The position numbers and the translations under genes are program-made. From contig CBDVDR010000015.1 in NCBI GenBank assembly GCA_965372795.1, positions 21,898-85,897 on the forward strand: a DNA stretch of 64,000 bases, written 5' to 3'. This DNA is from an uncultured bacterium (GTDB taxonomy: Bacteria > Zixibacteria > MSB-5A5 > GN15 > FEB-12). The notes beneath the pieces are model-generated. The model searched no databases, was not told the DNA's origin, and saw only the letters and a list, made by a program, of their open reading frames with translations. Below, one piece after another: positions 1-10,991 of the stretch; position 1 is the first letter of the stretch; each line of letters starts with the position of its first letter.

Positions 1-212
1 CTGATAAAATGGACAAGAGTATTATAGTGCGTGTAGATCGTACAATGAGACATCCGTTGTATAAAAAAACGTACAGAACTTTCTCTAAGCTTTACGCTCA
101 TGATGAAAAGAATGATGCTCGCTTAGGTGATGTCGTTAGTGTTATGGAAACAAGACCATTGTCACTTAAAAAGTGCTGGCGTCTGGTGGAAATAGTTGAG
201 AAGGCTAAGTAG
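1..212 (+). CDS. rpsQ: 30S ribosomal protein S17 (5' truncated by window edge)
   Basis: [11 protein letters not shown]...HPLYKK...AHDE...[22 protein letters not shown]; position before rplN. Confidence 0.97.
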   Translation, partial: DKMDKSIIVRVDRTMRHPLYKKTYRTFSKLYAHDEKNDARLGDVVSVMETRPLSLKKCWRLVEIVEKAK

Positions 213-251
213 CCAGACTAATTGCTAAAAGCATATAAAGGTGAATAGGAA

Positions 252-617
252 ATGATTCAGGAATTTACTAAATTAACGGTTGCCGATAACTCCGGTGCAA
301 AAAAAGCGATGTGTTTTCGTATTCTGGGAAGTAGTAAGAAAGTTGCCAGCATCGGCGATGTTATTGTTGTTACAATCAAAGAAGCAATGCCCGGCGGTAC
401 AGTTAAAAAATCAGAAGTTTGTAGAGCTGTTGTTGTTCGTACAAAATCAGAAGTCCGTCGTAAAGATGGTTCTTTAATCAGATTTTCTGATAATGCTGCG
501 GTGATTATCAATGAACAAAATGAGCCTCGCGGAACCCGTATCTTTGGTCCGGTTGCCCGTGAATTGAGAGATAAGAAATTCATGAAAATTATATCCCTCG
601 CCCCAGAGGTCCTTTAA
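252..617 (+). CDS. rplN: 50S ribosomal protein L14
   Basis: MIQ...VADNSGAK...[13 protein letters not shown]...IISLAPEVL. Confidence 0.99.
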   Translation: MIQEFTKLTVADNSGAKKAMCFRILGSSKKVASIGDVIVVTIKEAMPGGTVKKSEVCRAVVVRTKSEVRRKDGSLIRFSDNAAVIINEQNEPRGTRIFGPVARELRDKKFMKIISLAPEVL

Positions 618-633
618 GAGGGAACAGAAAGTT

Positions 634-951
634 ATGAATATAAAAAAAGGTGATACCGTTTACATCAGAAGCGGACAGAGTAAGGGCAAAACAGGCCGAG
701 TCTTGTTTGTAAATACAAAAAACGATACTCTGGTGGTTGAAGGCATTAACATGCGTAAAAAACATCAGCGCCCTACTCAGAAAAGTCCCAAGGGTGGTAT
801 TATTAGCATCGAAGGTCCGATTCATTACAGCAATGTCGGCCTCTATAACCCAACCTTATCAGGTCCGACCAAAGTGTCTATGCGGACTATTGATGAGGGT
901 GGAAAAAAATCACGAGTAAGAATCTGCCGTAAAACCGGCGAGCAAATCTAA
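634..951 (+). CDS. rplX: 50S ribosomal protein L24
   Basis: IKKGDTV...G.SKGKTG...VVEGIN...EGPIHYSNV; spc operon order. Confidence 0.98.
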   Translation: MNIKKGDTVYIRSGQSKGKTGRVLFVNTKNDTLVVEGINMRKKHQRPTQKSPKGGIISIEGPIHYSNVGLYNPTLSGPTKVSMRTIDEGGKKSRVRICRKTGEQI

Positions 952-963
952 AGGATTGTTTTG

Positions 964-1503
964 ATGGTACGAATGAAAGATAAATATATGAATGAGATTC
1001 TCCCGAAAATTATGAAGGAGAATAAATACGAATCAATCATGCAGGTTCCAAAGCTCCAAAAAATTACGCTTAATATTGGCGTTGGCGAAGCTACTGAAAA
1101 TACTAAATTGCTTGATGCTGCGATTGAAGACCTGACTAAGATTACCGGACGTAAACCGATTGTAAATAAAGCAAGAAAAAGCATCTCTAACTTTAAACTG
1201 CGTGAAGGTACGCCTATTGGCTGTTCAGTTACATTGCGCGGTGAAGTTATGTATGAATTTCTTGATCGATTGATTTCTGTTTCCATCCCCCGTATCCGTG
1301 ACTTCAGAGGCATCAGCCCCAAGTCATTTGACGGACGTGGCAACTTTAATCTTGGACTAAAAGAACAATTAATTTTCCCGGAAATAGAGTACGATAAAAT
1401 TGATAAAATCCGCGGAATGAATATCTCATTTACAACGACTGCCACAACCGATGAAGAAGGTCGGCAGTTGCTAACTGAATTCGGATTTCCATTCCGTAAA
1501 TAG
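964..1503 (+). CDS. rplE: 50S ribosomal protein L5
   Basis: [16 protein letters not shown]...FKLREG.PIG..VTLRG...PRIRDFRG...FDGRGN; ATG 964 chosen from AAGGA RBS. Confidence 0.98.
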   Translation: MVRMKDKYMNEILPKIMKENKYESIMQVPKLQKITLNIGVGEATENTKLLDAAIEDLTKITGRKPIVNKARKSISNFKLREGTPIGCSVTLRGEVMYEFLDRLISVSIPRIRDFRGISPKSFDGRGNFNLGLKEQLIFPEIEYDKIDKIRGMNISFTTTATTDEEGRQLLTEFGFPFRK

Positions 1504-1520
1504 GAGTTTATTGTAGATAC

Positions 1521-1706
1521 ATGGCTAAAAAATGTCTTATAGAAAAACAAAGCAGAGAACCTAAATTTAAGGTTCGCAAATACAACCGCTGTCGTCGTTG
1601 CGGACGTCCACGCGCCTTTATGCGTCGTTTCGGACTATGCCGTATTTGTTTCAGACAGATGGCCTTAGCCGGTGATATCCCCGGTGTTGTTAAGGCGAGT
1701 TGGTAA
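1521..1706 (+). CDS. rpsN: 30S ribosomal protein S14, type Z (zinc-binding)
   Basis: 61 aa, RCRRCGRPR...FGLCRICFR...PGVVKASW. Confidence 0.98.
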   Translation: MAKKCLIEKQSREPKFKVRKYNRCRRCGRPRAFMRRFGLCRICFRQMALAGDIPGVVKASW

Positions 1707-1739
1707 ATTGAACGATTTGGCTTTTGGGAGTAAATGTTT

Positions 1740-2141
1740 ATGAGTATGACCGACCCGGTCGCTGATTTGTTGACGAGAATTCGAAACGGATCGAAAGCAC
1801 AAAAAAATGCTATTGATGTTCCCGCTTCTAACTTGAAACGTGAGATAGTACGAATTCTTATGGAAAATAAGTTTATCCGCGATGTAGTGGAACTACCTGA
1901 TAACAAGCAAGGTATTATGAGAGTTTATCTGCTGTACTCAAAAGGCGATGTGCCTGTTTTAAGGGGTATTAGTAGAATCTCCAAACCTGGCTTGCGTCGT
2001 TATATGAACGCTCAGGAAGTTAGACAAACGACACACAATCTACGCGGTATGATGATAGTATCAACATCTCAAGGTGTTATGACCAACGAAGATGCCTCTA
2101 GAAAAGGTGTTGGTGGTGAAGCCTTGTTGAGATGCTGGTAA
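1740..2141 (+). CDS. rpsH: 30S ribosomal protein S8
   Basis: MSMTDPVADLLTRIRN...RISKPGLRRY...STSQGVMT...GVGGE. Confidence 0.98.
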   Translation: MSMTDPVADLLTRIRNGSKAQKNAIDVPASNLKREIVRILMENKFIRDVVELPDNKQGIMRVYLLYSKGDVPVLRGISRISKPGLRRYMNAQEVRQTTHNLRGMMIVSTSQGVMTNEDASRKGVGGEALLRCW

Positions 2142-2156
2142 GGAAAGGATTGTATA

Positions 2157-2711
2157 ATGTCACGTGTTGGTAAAGTACCAATTCCAATTCCGGATAAAAT
2201 TTCCGTTGAAATCAACGGAAAAGATATCAAGGTTACCGGTCCGAAAGGAAATCTTTCGAGAACCATCCATGCTGATATGGCAGCAGTTGTTGAAGATAAT
2301 AATATTGTAGTTACTCGTCCTTCTGATTTGAAAAAACATAGGTCTCTCCATGGATTGACTCGTGCTCTTTTGAATAATATGGTTATTGGAGTTTCCGAAG
2401 GATATAAAGTAGGTCTGCAAATTATCGGCGTCGGTTATAGAGCTGAAATGAAAAGCGACAAAGTTATTCGTTTGAATCTTGGCTATTCGCATCCAATTAT
2501 TTTCGCTCTTCCGGAAGGAATTACTATTGAAAATCTTCCGAAAGAAAATAAATTATTTGTGGAAGGAATTGATAAAGAAGTTGTGGGCGCGGTTGCGGCC
2601 AAAATTCGTTCTTTCCGTAAACCGGAACCATTTAAAGGTAAAGGCATTCGCTACATTGGTGAATATGTACGCAGTAAAGCTGGTAAAGCTGCTGTTGGTA
2701 GTGGTGCATAA
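2157..2711 (+). CDS. rplF: 50S ribosomal protein L6
   Basis: MSRVGK.PI...GPKG...HGLTRAL...GVGYRA...LGYSHP...PEPFKGKGIRY. Confidence 0.99.
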   Translation: MSRVGKVPIPIPDKISVEINGKDIKVTGPKGNLSRTIHADMAAVVEDNNIVVTRPSDLKKHRSLHGLTRALLNNMVIGVSEGYKVGLQIIGVGYRAEMKSDKVIRLNLGYSHPIIFALPEGITIENLPKENKLFVEGIDKEVVGAVAAKIRSFRKPEPFKGKGIRYIGEYVRSKAGKAAVGSGA

Positions 2712-2737
2712 AACTGGTAGAGATTTGGTGATAAGAT

Positions 2738-3109
2738 ATGGCTGATAAAAATATAGTTAAAAGTAAAAAAGCTACTCGTCGTCGTCGTCGTGTGCGCGGT
2801 AAAATTAATGGTACCGCTATGCGTCCACGTCTAACTATTGCAAAGTCTTTAAACAATACCTTTGCACAGATTATTGATGATGAAAATCAGGTTACTCTGG
2901 TTTCGATGGCTACTAATTCTAAAGACCTTAAAGCTGAGTTGGCTTCAGTGAATAAAACGGCCGCTGCTTTAATCGTCGGTAAAAAAATTGCTGAGTTAGC
3001 TAAAGAAAAAGGGATCGAAACTGTTGTCTTCGATCGGAATAAAAATAAATATCATGGTCGGGTTAAAGCGGTCGCCGATGGCGCTCGTAAATCCGGACTG
3101 AAATTATAG
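2738..3109 (+). CDS. rplR: 50S ribosomal protein L18
   Basis: RRVRGKINGT..RPRL...AQIIDD...VVFDR...YHGRVKAVADGAR. Confidence 0.98.
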   Translation: MADKNIVKSKKATRRRRRVRGKINGTAMRPRLTIAKSLNNTFAQIIDDENQVTLVSMATNSKDLKAELASVNKTAAALIVGKKIAELAKEKGIETVVFDRNKNKYHGRVKAVADGARKSGLKL

Positions 3110-3145
3110 TAAATATGAAAGTTGTAAAAATAAACGAGGTGTTGC

Positions 3146-3628
3146 TTGGCGAAGTTTGAACGGGATATTCAGGAATTTGAAGAGAAAGTTATTGCCGTAA
3201 ACCGGGTCGCGAAAGTGGTCAAAGGTGGTCGGCGTTTCAGCTTCACAGCCTTGGTTACCGTAGGTGATCGTAACGGTAAAGTAGGCGTTGGATATGGCAA
3301 GGCTCCTGAAGTTACTGATGCTATCCGTAAAGGCAGCGAAGCCGCCAAAAAGAGCATGACTAAAATGAATCTTCTCGAAGGTACAATTCCTCATCGTATC
3401 AACGGCAAATTTGGTGCGACAACTGTGATGATGCGTCCGGCTTCTCCCGGTACCGGTGTTATCGCGGGTGGAGTTGTCAGGTCCATTCTAGAGTCTCTTG
3501 GCGTACAGGATATCCTGACAAAAGTTTTGGGCAGCCGTAATCCAAACAATGTGGTTAAAGCTACTCTTGATGGATTGAATAACCTGCGAACACGTGAGCA
3601 GGAACTCAAGTTTCGTGAGGAAGCTTAA
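3146..3628 (+). CDS. rpsE: 30S ribosomal protein S5
   Basis: [22 protein letters not shown]...[11 protein letters not shown] start with GAGG RBS. Confidence 0.99.
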   Translation: MAKFERDIQEFEEKVIAVNRVAKVVKGGRRFSFTALVTVGDRNGKVGVGYGKAPEVTDAIRKGSEAAKKSMTKMNLLEGTIPHRINGKFGATTVMMRPASPGTGVIAGGVVRSILESLGVQDILTKVLGSRNPNNVVKATLDGLNNLRTREQELKFREEA

Positions 3629-3650
3629 CCGGCTTATAGAGGAATAACAA

Positions 3651-3833
3651 ATGCCCAGATTAAAAATTACACAAATGAAAAGTACGATTGATCGGATTGA
3701 ACCTCAAAAGAGAACAATCAAAGCATTAGGCTTAGGCCGAATCAGAAAATCAGTGGTACATAATGATACTCCGCAAATTCGTGGAATGATAAATGCGGTA
3801 TTACACTTAATAACAGTTGAAGAAGTTGACTAA
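3651..3833 (+). CDS. rpmD: 50S ribosomal protein L30
   Basis: LKITQ.KS.I...[10 protein letters not shown]...DTPQIRGMI. Confidence 0.97.
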   Translation: MPRLKITQMKSTIDRIEPQKRTIKALGLGRIRKSVVHNDTPQIRGMINAVLHLITVEEVD

Positions 3834-3852
3834 GGAATAAATCGAGGCAACG

Positions 3853-4290
3853 ATGGAACTACATACTTTAAAACCTGCTGAAGGCTCAAAAAAAACCCGT
3901 AAAAGAGTAGGACGGGGAACCGGTAGTGGACTGGGAAAAACCTCAGGACGCGGCCATAAAGGACAGGGCCAAAGAAGCGGACGTGGAAAAAGACCCGGAT
4001 TTGAAGGCGGTCAGATGCCTTTAGCCCGGCGTTTACCAAAACGCGGTTTTACAAATATCTATAAAAAAGAATTTCAGATTGTCAATGTGACAGATCTGAA
4101 TCGTTGTGAAACTGGTGAGATTAATATTGAAATACTTAAGAAAGTCGGTCTGATTAAAAAATTGGCCGTTCCTGTTAAGATCTTAGGTAATGGAAGCTTG
4201 GAAAAAGTTTTCACCGTGAAAGTTGCCGCTTTTTCAAAATCGGCTATTACAAAAATTGAAGCTGCTGGTGGAAAGACCGAGGTTGTTTAG
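3853..4290 (+). CDS. rplO: 50S ribosomal protein L15
   Basis: [21 protein letters not shown]...[16 protein letters not shown]. Confidence 0.99.
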   Translation: MELHTLKPAEGSKKTRKRVGRGTGSGLGKTSGRGHKGQGQRSGRGKRPGFEGGQMPLARRLPKRGFTNIYKKEFQIVNVTDLNRCETGEINIEILKKVGLIKKLAVPVKILGNGSLEKVFTVKVAAFSKSAITKIEAAGGKTEVV

Positions 4291-5597
4291 TGTTAGATAC
4301 TTTTAAATCCATTTTTAAAGTCGAAGAGCTGAGAAAAAGGATTTTATTTACCTTAGCTCTATTGGTTGTCTATCGCATCGGTGGTCATATCCCGACCCCT
4401 GGTGTTGATGGTTCGTTATTAGCATCGGCTATCTCCTCAAATTCAATCTTCGGATTATTTGATCTGTTCGCCGGTGGGGCATTTGCCAAAGCAACTATCT
4501 TTGCTCTGGGTATTATGCCATATATCTCTGCATCAATTATGTTTCAGCTGCTTGGTGCCGTTGTACCTTATATTCAAAGGTTGCAGCGTGAGGGTGAAGA
4601 AGGACGTCGTAAAATTACCCAGTACACTCGTTACTTGACCGTTCTTATTGCGGTCCTGCAAGCATGGGGTACCGCTGGATTTATTACGACTATTAATTTG
4701 AATGGCATACAGGCTGTTCATATGAACACGACCGGTTTTATGCTCTTAACCATTCTGACCTTTACATGCGGTACTATCTTCATCATGTATCTCGGTGAGC
4801 AAATTACTGAACGTGGTATCGGTAATGGTATTTCTCTTATCATTTTCATCGGTATTATCGCCCGGTTCCCGGATGCTGTTATAGATGAAACCCAGCGGGT
4901 TTTACTTGGCAGTCGTTCATTCTTCCTGGCGGTGGTTATGTTGGCAATGATGATTTTAACAATTGTAGCGGTTATTATGATTACCAGAGCTCAACGAAAA
5001 GTTCCGGTACAATACCCTCGCAAAGTTGTTGGTCGTAAAGTTTTTGGCGGAGCCGCAACCCATCTTCCTCTTTCTGTAAACTCTGCCGGTGTTATTCCGA
5101 TCATTTTTGCTCAGTCAATAATGTTTCTTCCATCAACCGTTGCCCAGCTGTTTCCAAGCACTGACTGGATCCAGAATCTTGTCTCAGTTTGGTTAGCACC
5201 TGGTGAACTGTGGTATTCGATAATTTATGGTTTGATAATTGTCTTCTTTGGTTATTTCTATACGGCGATTGTATTCAATCCGGTAGAAATTGCCAATAAT
5301 ATGCGTAAAAACGGTGGTTATATCCCTGGTATTCGCCCTGGAAAAAACACTGCTGAATATCTTGAAAAGATTCTTACCCGCATCACGTTGCCCGGAGCTA
5401 TATTCTTTGCGGCAATAGCTGTGCTGCCATGGGTACTTATTTCAAAAGCTAATGTGAACTTCTTCTTCGGCGGTACCGGCCTTCTAATTGTAGTCGGTGT
5501 TGCTCTTGATACTCTTCAACAGGTTGAGTCTCATCTGATGATGCGTCACTATGATGGCTTTATGAAAAAAGGTAAGATCCGCGGGAGATCAATGTAG
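4290..5597 (+). CDS. secY: Preprotein translocase subunit SecY
   Basis: IFALGIMPYISASI...GEQITERGIGNGISL...GVIPIIFA...IPGIRPG...FGGTGLLIVVGV. Confidence 0.99.
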   Translation: MLDTFKSIFKVEELRKRILFTLALLVVYRIGGHIPTPGVDGSLLASAISSNSIFGLFDLFAGGAFAKATIFALGIMPYISASIMFQLLGAVVPYIQRLQREGEEGRRKITQYTRYLTVLIAVLQAWGTAGFITTINLNGIQAVHMNTTGFMLLTILTFTCGTIFIMYLGEQITERGIGNGISLIIFIGIIARFPDAVIDETQRVLLGSRSFFLAVVMLAMMILTIVAVIMITRAQRKVPVQYPRKVVGRKVFGGAATHLPLSVNSAGVIPIIFAQSIMFLPSTVAQLFPSTDWIQNLVSVWLAPGELWYSIIYGLIIVFFGYFYTAIVFNPVEIANNMRKNGGYIPGIRPGKNTAEYLEKILTRITLPGAIFFAAIAVLPWVLISKANVNFFFGGTGLLIVVGVALDTLQQVESHLMMRHYDGFMKKGKIRGRSM

Positions 5598-5599
5598 GT

Positions 5600-6241
5600 A
5601 TGAATCTGTTGTTTTTGGGTCCTCCAGGATCGGGTAAAGGAACCCAGGCGGTTCGTGTTGCTAAGAAATTAGGGGTTGTGCACTTCTCAACCGGCGAAAT
5701 TCTACGCGATGCTATTAAACATGACACCGATCTTGGAAAAAAAGCCAAAGTCTATATGGAAAAAGGAGACTTGGTTCCTGATGAAGTTTTGGTAAGCATG
5801 ATTCAAGCAAAAATTGCTTCCGGTGAACTTAGTCAGGGATTTATTCTCGATGGTTTTCCAAGGACTCTTCATCAGGCTGAATGCTTGAAGGAGATGCTCG
5901 CCAAAAACAATATCGTACTTGATAAAGCTGTACTGCTTGATGTCTCTGATGAAGAGATCGTCAAACGCCTCTCAGGCCGCTGGCATTGTCCGGTGTGCGG
6001 TGCTGGATACAATTATCCGGCTCAGGTACCTAAAGTTGAAGGTCATTGTGATAATGAAAATGCCGAATTGGTGCGTCGCCATGATGATGAAGTGGACGTC
6101 GTTCAAAACAGGCTTGAAGTTTATAAAAAACAGACTGAACCGATTGTTGCCTTTTATAAGAATGAATCTATTCTGGCACCGATTGACGGGCATACTAACC
6201 CGGATGAAGTTTTTCAGTCTTTAGTGGAAGTAGTAAAGTAA
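5600..6241 (+). CDS. adk: Adenylate kinase
   Basis: GPPGSGKGTQA P-loop, FILDGFPRT, LID with CPVC. Confidence 0.98.
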   Translation: MNLLFLGPPGSGKGTQAVRVAKKLGVVHFSTGEILRDAIKHDTDLGKKAKVYMEKGDLVPDEVLVSMIQAKIASGELSQGFILDGFPRTLHQAECLKEMLAKNNIVLDKAVLLDVSDEEIVKRLSGRWHCPVCGAGYNYPAQVPKVEGHCDNENAELVRRHDDEVDVVQNRLEVYKKQTEPIVAFYKNESILAPIDGHTNPDEVFQSLVEVVK

Positions 6242-6248
6242 GTTTATT

Positions 6249-6995
6249 GTGATTATTTTGAAGTCAAAAGAAGAAATTGAAATCATGCGACGGGCGGGTC
6301 GGGTTGTTGCCGAGGTCCTTGATCTCGTAGGTCACAACATCAAAGCCGGTATGCTGACTTCTGAGTTGGATGCCCTGATTGAAGAGAATATCTGTTCTCG
6401 GGGTGCAATTCCGGGCTTCAAAAATTATCATGGATATCCTGCCTCAGCTTGTATCTCTATCAACGAAGAAGTTGTTCATGGAATTCCAACTAATCGGAAG
6501 ATCGTGGATGGGGATATTGTCTCTGTCGATATCGGATCAATTGTTGATGAATTTTACGGCGATTCCGCCCGAACCTTCCCAATTGGCAATATTTCGAAAG
6601 AAAAAGCCGATTTGATGGAAAATACTAAACAATCATTGATAGCAGGTATTGACAAAGCAAGAAAAGGCAATAAATTAGGGGAGATTTCAGCTGCTGTTCA
6701 ATCAACCGCTGAAGGACAAGGATATGGTGTGGTTCGGCAATTAGTTGGTCATGGGATTGGACGTAATATGCATGAAGAACCGCAGGTGCCAAATTTTGGA
6801 TCTCCAAATGATGGTCCAATATTAGAACCGGGAATGGTTATTGCAATTGAACCCATGATTAATATGGGTACTTATGAAGTGAAAACTTTACCCGATGGAT
6901 GGACTGTTGTTACCGCTGATGGAAGACCATCGGCACATTTTGAACACACGGTAGCTATCACTGATGGCGAACCGGATATATTAAGTATTGCATAA
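6249..6995 (+). CDS. map: Methionine aminopeptidase type I
   Basis: [43 protein letters not shown]. Confidence 0.98.
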   Translation: MIILKSKEEIEIMRRAGRVVAEVLDLVGHNIKAGMLTSELDALIEENICSRGAIPGFKNYHGYPASACISINEEVVHGIPTNRKIVDGDIVSVDIGSIVDEFYGDSARTFPIGNISKEKADLMENTKQSLIAGIDKARKGNKLGEISAAVQSTAEGQGYGVVRQLVGHGIGRNMHEEPQVPNFGSPNDGPILEPGMVIAIEPMINMGTYEVKTLPDGWTVVTADGRPSAHFEHTVAITDGEPDILSIA

Positions 6996-7003
6996 GGATA
7001 AAA

Positions 7004-7222
7004 ATGGCAAAAGAAGTAAACATCAAGGTTGAAGGAAAAGTAATTGAACCACTGCCAAATGCTATGTTTAAAGTGGAACTTGACAACGGCCATGTTGTTT
7101 TAGCTCATGTGTCCGGAAAAATGAGAATGCATTTTATTAAGATATTGCCCGGCGATAAAGTAACTTTAGAACTCTCGCCCTATGATTTGACACGCGGTAG
7201 AATAACTTATCGCTATAAGTAA
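7004..7222 (+). CDS. infA: Translation initiation factor IF-1
   Basis: LPNAMF.VELDNG...[27 protein letters not shown]. Confidence 0.99.
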   Translation: MAKEVNIKVEGKVIEPLPNAMFKVELDNGHVVLAHVSGKMRMHFIKILPGDKVTLELSPYDLTRGRITYRYK

Positions 7223-7233
7223 AGGTTGATGAC

Positions 7234-7350
7234 ATGAAAGTAAAATCAGCTGTTAAAAAACGCTGTGAACATTGTAAGATTATTAAAAGACGTGGAATTA
7301 TCAGAGTAATATGCTCGAAAAGTCCAAGTCATAAACAGCGTCAAGGTTAG
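7234..7350 (+). CDS. rpmJ: 50S ribosomal protein L36 (not in ORF track, 38 aa)
   Basis: Manual translation [38 protein letters not shown]; lies between infA and rpsM. Confidence 0.97.
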   Translation: MKVKSAVKKRCEHCKIIKRRGIIRVICSKSPSHKQRQG

Positions 7351-7386
7351 AAAAAAAATAGTAATTTATAATATAAGGAGATACCA

Positions 7387-7761
7387 GTGGCACGTATTGC
7401 TGGTGTAGACTTACCAAGAGAAAAAAGAGTTGAAATCGGTCTTAGATATATTTTTGGAATTGGTCCTTTTATATCATCTCAGATTCTAAAAAAGACCGGC
7501 ATTAGTCCTGACACACGGGTCAACAAACTGACCGATGAAGAAGTCGCAAAACTTCGTAATGTTATCGAAGAAGACTACAACGTCGAAGGTGCCCTTAGAG
7601 GTCAGGTTAATATGAATATTAAACGGCTGGTCGATATCGGCTCCTATCGTGGATTACGCCATAGAAGAGGATTGCCTTGCCGCGGTCAGCGGACCAAAAC
7701 CAATGCCAGGACCCGTAAAGGTCGTAAGGCTTCAATTGGCGGTCTGAAGAGAAAGAAATAG
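7387..7761 (+). CDS. rpsM: 30S ribosomal protein S13
   Basis: [10 protein letters not shown]...IFGIG...[25 protein letters not shown]. Confidence 0.99.
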   Translation: MARIAGVDLPREKRVEIGLRYIFGIGPFISSQILKKTGISPDTRVNKLTDEEVAKLRNVIEEDYNVEGALRGQVNMNIKRLVDIGSYRGLRHRRGLPCRGQRTKTNARTRKGRKASIGGLKRKK

Positions 7762-7784
7762 TTTTAAACTAATAGAGGTGTTTT

Positions 7785-8180
7785 GTGGCGGATCCAAAGA
7801 AAAAAGGTCGCTCTAAAAAGAAAAGTCGTAAAGTAGAAGCTAACGGCGTGGTCCATATTAAGGCTACGTTTAATAATACCATTGTCACTATTACCGATAA
7901 TAACGGTGGCGTGATTTCATGGGGTACGGCCGGTAAAGTTGGCTTTAAAGGTTCTAAAAAATCTACTCCTTTTGCCGCCCAGCAGGCTGCTACCATTGCC
8001 GCTAAAGAAGCAATGGATATGGGCTTAAGAAAAGTAGAAATTCAAGTAAAAGGTCCCGGTTCCGGACGTGAAGCTGCGATAAGATCATTATCTGCCGCCG
8101 GACTCGAGATTGCGGTTATTAAGGATGTTACACCGATTCCACATAATGGGTGCCGTCCTCCGAAACGAAGAAGAGTATAA
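7785..8180 (+). CDS. rpsK: 30S ribosomal protein S11
   Basis: [15 protein letters not shown]...[14 protein letters not shown]...[18 protein letters not shown]. Confidence 0.99.
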   Translation: MADPKKKGRSKKKSRKVEANGVVHIKATFNNTIVTITDNNGGVISWGTAGKVGFKGSKKSTPFAAQQAATIAAKEAMDMGLRKVEIQVKGPGSGREAAIRSLSAAGLEIAVIKDVTPIPHNGCRPPKRRRV

Positions 8181-8204
8181 CGGTAAGATAGGAGTTTTAT
8201 TTTA

Positions 8205-8834
8205 ATGGCTAGATATCGCGAAGCAAACTGTAAGCTGTGTCGTCGGGAAGGTGAGAAGCTCTTCTTAAAGGGAACTCGCTGTACCTCCGATAAGTGTTCT
8301 TTTGATCGTCGTGGATTTGCTCCAGGACAGCATGGTCAAAGAACCCGTCGGAAAGTATCCTCGTATGGTATTCAGTTGCGCGAAAAACAGAAAGTCCGTC
8401 GTATTTACGGCGTTCTGGAAAAACAGTTCAAGAACTACTTCAAAACTGCTGACAAAAAAGCCGGTATTACCGGTGAAATTTTGCTACAGCTGCTTGAGAG
8501 TAGACTTGATAATCTCGTTTATCGTTTAGGATTTGCTCCATCACGCAAAGCTGCGCGTCAGCTGGTTAGACACCGCCACGTCACAGTTAACGGTCAGTTA
8601 GTTGACATTCCTTCGTATCAGGTACGTCCAAACGAAATTATTAAAGTACGTGAAAAATCTAAAAATCTCGAACTGATTCATGCCGCTCTCAAAGATGTTG
8701 GTCGCGGTGACGAATTAGTTTGGTTGAGACTAAATAAGGCGGCTCTGGAAGGTGAACTTTTGGAAATTCCAAAAAGACTAGATATTCCAATGACCGTAAA
8801 TGAACAGCTAATCGTAGAGCTTTATTCTAAATAA
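8205..8834 (+). CDS. rpsD: 30S ribosomal protein S4
   Basis: MARY...[16 protein letters not shown]...[23 protein letters not shown]...IVELYSK. Confidence 0.99.
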   Translation: MARYREANCKLCRREGEKLFLKGTRCTSDKCSFDRRGFAPGQHGQRTRRKVSSYGIQLREKQKVRRIYGVLEKQFKNYFKTADKKAGITGEILLQLLESRLDNLVYRLGFAPSRKAARQLVRHRHVTVNGQLVDIPSYQVRPNEIIKVREKSKNLELIHAALKDVGRGDELVWLRLNKAALEGELLEIPKRLDIPMTVNEQLIVELYSK

Positions 8835-8866
8835 GGAAATCCCGGAATTTGGGAGGATTCGGATAT

Positions 8867-9850
8867 ATGAAATGGAAGCCATTGACAATGCCGAAAGAAG
8901 TCGTAATTGACCAATCATCGGCTACTGATAATTATTCTCGCTTTATAGTTGAACCACTCGAAAGAGGTTATGGTGCAACTTTGGGGAACGCCCTTAGAAG
9001 AGTTCTACTCGGCTCAATTCAAGGAGCTGCGGTAGTATCTATTCGAATTAGGGGGTGCCTCCACGAATTTTCGACTGTCTCAGGCGTTTTCGAGGATGTT
9101 ACAAACATTATTCTTAATGTTAAGAATATCCGTATGAAAATGTATGCTGATGATATGCGCACTTTGAGTTTGAAAGCTAACTCAAAAGGCATTATTACTG
9201 CTGGTATGTTTACTGGTGATACCGAAATTGAAGTAATAAATCCTGATCTGCACATTTGTGAACTGACGGAAGATGTTGAATTCGAAATGGAAATCGATGT
9301 CGACTCTGGGCAAAGCTATTGTCTTGCTGACCAAAATCAGCGCCCGGATGTCCCGGCAGGTACAATTTTTATTGATTCACTTTATTCACCGGTTGTCAAA
9401 GTCTCTTACCTTGTCGAAAACACTCGGGTTGGACAAAGAACTGATTTTGATCGTTTGATTATGGAACTTACTACCGATGGTACTATTACACCTGAAGACG
9501 CCCTTAGTTATGCAGCAAAACTGCAGAAAGACCATCTCCAATTGTTTATCCATATGGATGAAACAATTATGGTCGAAGAGGAGCCAGAAGAAGACGAAGA
9601 AACCGTCCGCGTAAGAAATCTGTTAAAAACAAGAGTCGATGAACTCGAACTTTCGGTCAGATCCTCAAACTGCCTCCGGGCAGCAAATATTCAGAATCTG
9701 GCTGAATTAGTCACTAAATCTGAAAGTGAAATGCTCAAATATCGTAATTTTGGGCGTAAATCACTGAACGAAATTGGTGCCATTTTGGAAGAATTAGAAT
9801 TGTCATTTGGGATGGATATCTCAAGTTTCATTGAACCGCAAAACAATTAG
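8867..9850 (+). CDS. rpoA: DNA-directed RNA polymerase subunit alpha
   Basis: EPLERGYG.TLGNALRRVLL...ELELSVRSSNCL...NFGRKSLNEI; ATG 8867 after GGAGG. Confidence 0.99.
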   Translation: MKWKPLTMPKEVVIDQSSATDNYSRFIVEPLERGYGATLGNALRRVLLGSIQGAAVVSIRIRGCLHEFSTVSGVFEDVTNIILNVKNIRMKMYADDMRTLSLKANSKGIITAGMFTGDTEIEVINPDLHICELTEDVEFEMEIDVDSGQSYCLADQNQRPDVPAGTIFIDSLYSPVVKVSYLVENTRVGQRTDFDRLIMELTTDGTITPEDALSYAAKLQKDHLQLFIHMDETIMVEEEPEEDEETVRVRNLLKTRVDELELSVRSSNCLRAANIQNLAELVTKSESEMLKYRNFGRKSLNEIGAILEELELSFGMDISSFIEPQNN

Positions 9851-9867
9851 TAAATTGAAAGTATAAG

Positions 9868-10293
9868 ATGGGACATCGCGATAAAGTAAAAAAGCTGGGA
9901 CGAACTAAACCACATCGTGAAGCAATGTTGGCAAATATGGCCATGTCGCTTTTTTTGCATCGTATCATCAAAACTACCGATGCTAAAGCTAAAGCTCTTA
10001 AACCGGTAGTGGATCGTCTGATTACTCAGGCGAAACAAGACACCTTGCATTCAAAACGTCTGGTTGCTAAAATTGTGAAACAGAAAGATGTGTTTAAAAA
10101 GCTCTTTGCTGAGATAGTCCCACAGCTTTCTGACCGCAACTCCGGTTACACCCGAGTTATAAAACTTGGTGTGCGCCGTGGTGACGGTGCCTCTATGTCT
10201 GTTGTCGAACTAATGATTGAAAGAAAAGTCGAAGAGACTGATAAGAAAGACAAAAAGGCAAAGAAGGATAAAAAAGCTGCCAAAGCTGAGTAA
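9868..10293 (+). CDS. rplQ: 50S ribosomal protein L17
   Basis: KKLGRT..HR.AML.N...IKTT.AKAK...GYTRVIKLG.RRGDGA. Confidence 0.99.
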   Translation: MGHRDKVKKLGRTKPHREAMLANMAMSLFLHRIIKTTDAKAKALKPVVDRLITQAKQDTLHSKRLVAKIVKQKDVFKKLFAEIVPQLSDRNSGYTRVIKLGVRRGDGASMSVVELMIERKVEETDKKDKKAKKDKKAAKAE

Positions 10294-10319
10294 TTTGCAG
10301 CTAACATTTTGAAATTGTT

Positions 10320-10349
10320 AAAAGCCCGCTATAAAGCGGGCTTTTTTTT
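10320..10349 (+). terminator. Rho-independent terminator ending the ribosomal protein cluster
   Basis: AAAAGCCCGCT-ATAA-AGCGGGCTTTTTTTT. Confidence 0.92.
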
Positions 10350-10503
10350 GTTCTATAATAAAAACTTCACATAAATTACTTGTGTCATCATTTTTGAACG
10401 ACTATAATTATTCTAAAGCTGCACGTTAACTCGTGCCTTGAATCGATTGAATCAGCTTGTTTTAACTATTTATCGCATAAACCATAAAATAAGTCGAGGG
10501 GTT

Positions 10504-10974
10504 ATGACTGATCAATTACAAAAAAAAAGGATGTCCAAAGGTTGTTTGGTATCATTAATCGTTGTCGGCGTTATTGCCTTAATGATTATTGCTGCCTCAG
10601 TTACCTGTTGGATGAAAAAAGATGATTTAGCCCGTTTTGCTGTTCAAGCAGTGTTGGATAACACCAAACAGATGATGATTGATGAACCGATTGAAGGAAT
10701 TGACAATGAAAAATTCACGGTACTGTCTGATGCCTTTGTACTGAAATTTACAGAGACTGAATTAGACTACCAGATGTATGGCGATTTCTTCCAAAAGATT
10801 CAGACTATGCCAAGTGATAAAAAAGTAGATTATAAAGAAGCGATTAATTTGTCGAAAGCGATGGTGGAATATTTTCCGGAACTCGAAGAATATTTACCGA
10901 TCACCTATAATACTGATGGGCTTGAAAGTCCTGCAGAAGAAGATACAACAACAGAGGAAACAACTGCCGAATAG
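10504..10974 (+). CDS. Hypothetical single-pass membrane protein
   Basis: KKRMSKGCLVSLIVVGVIALMIIAASV TM segment, acidic C-terminus; start uncertain. Confidence 0.75.
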   Translation: MTDQLQKKRMSKGCLVSLIVVGVIALMIIAASVTCWMKKDDLARFAVQAVLDNTKQMMIDEPIEGIDNEKFTVLSDAFVLKFTETELDYQMYGDFFQKIQTMPSDKKVDYKEAINLSKAMVEYFPELEEYLPITYNTDGLESPAEEDTTTEETTAE

Positions 10975-10991
10975 GAGTTGGATTAAATTAA

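Noticed and set aside
257..10050. Antisense and alternative-frame ORFs over the ribosomal operons (e.g. 948-1550, 1508-1906)
   Set aside because: Shadows of highly conserved genes
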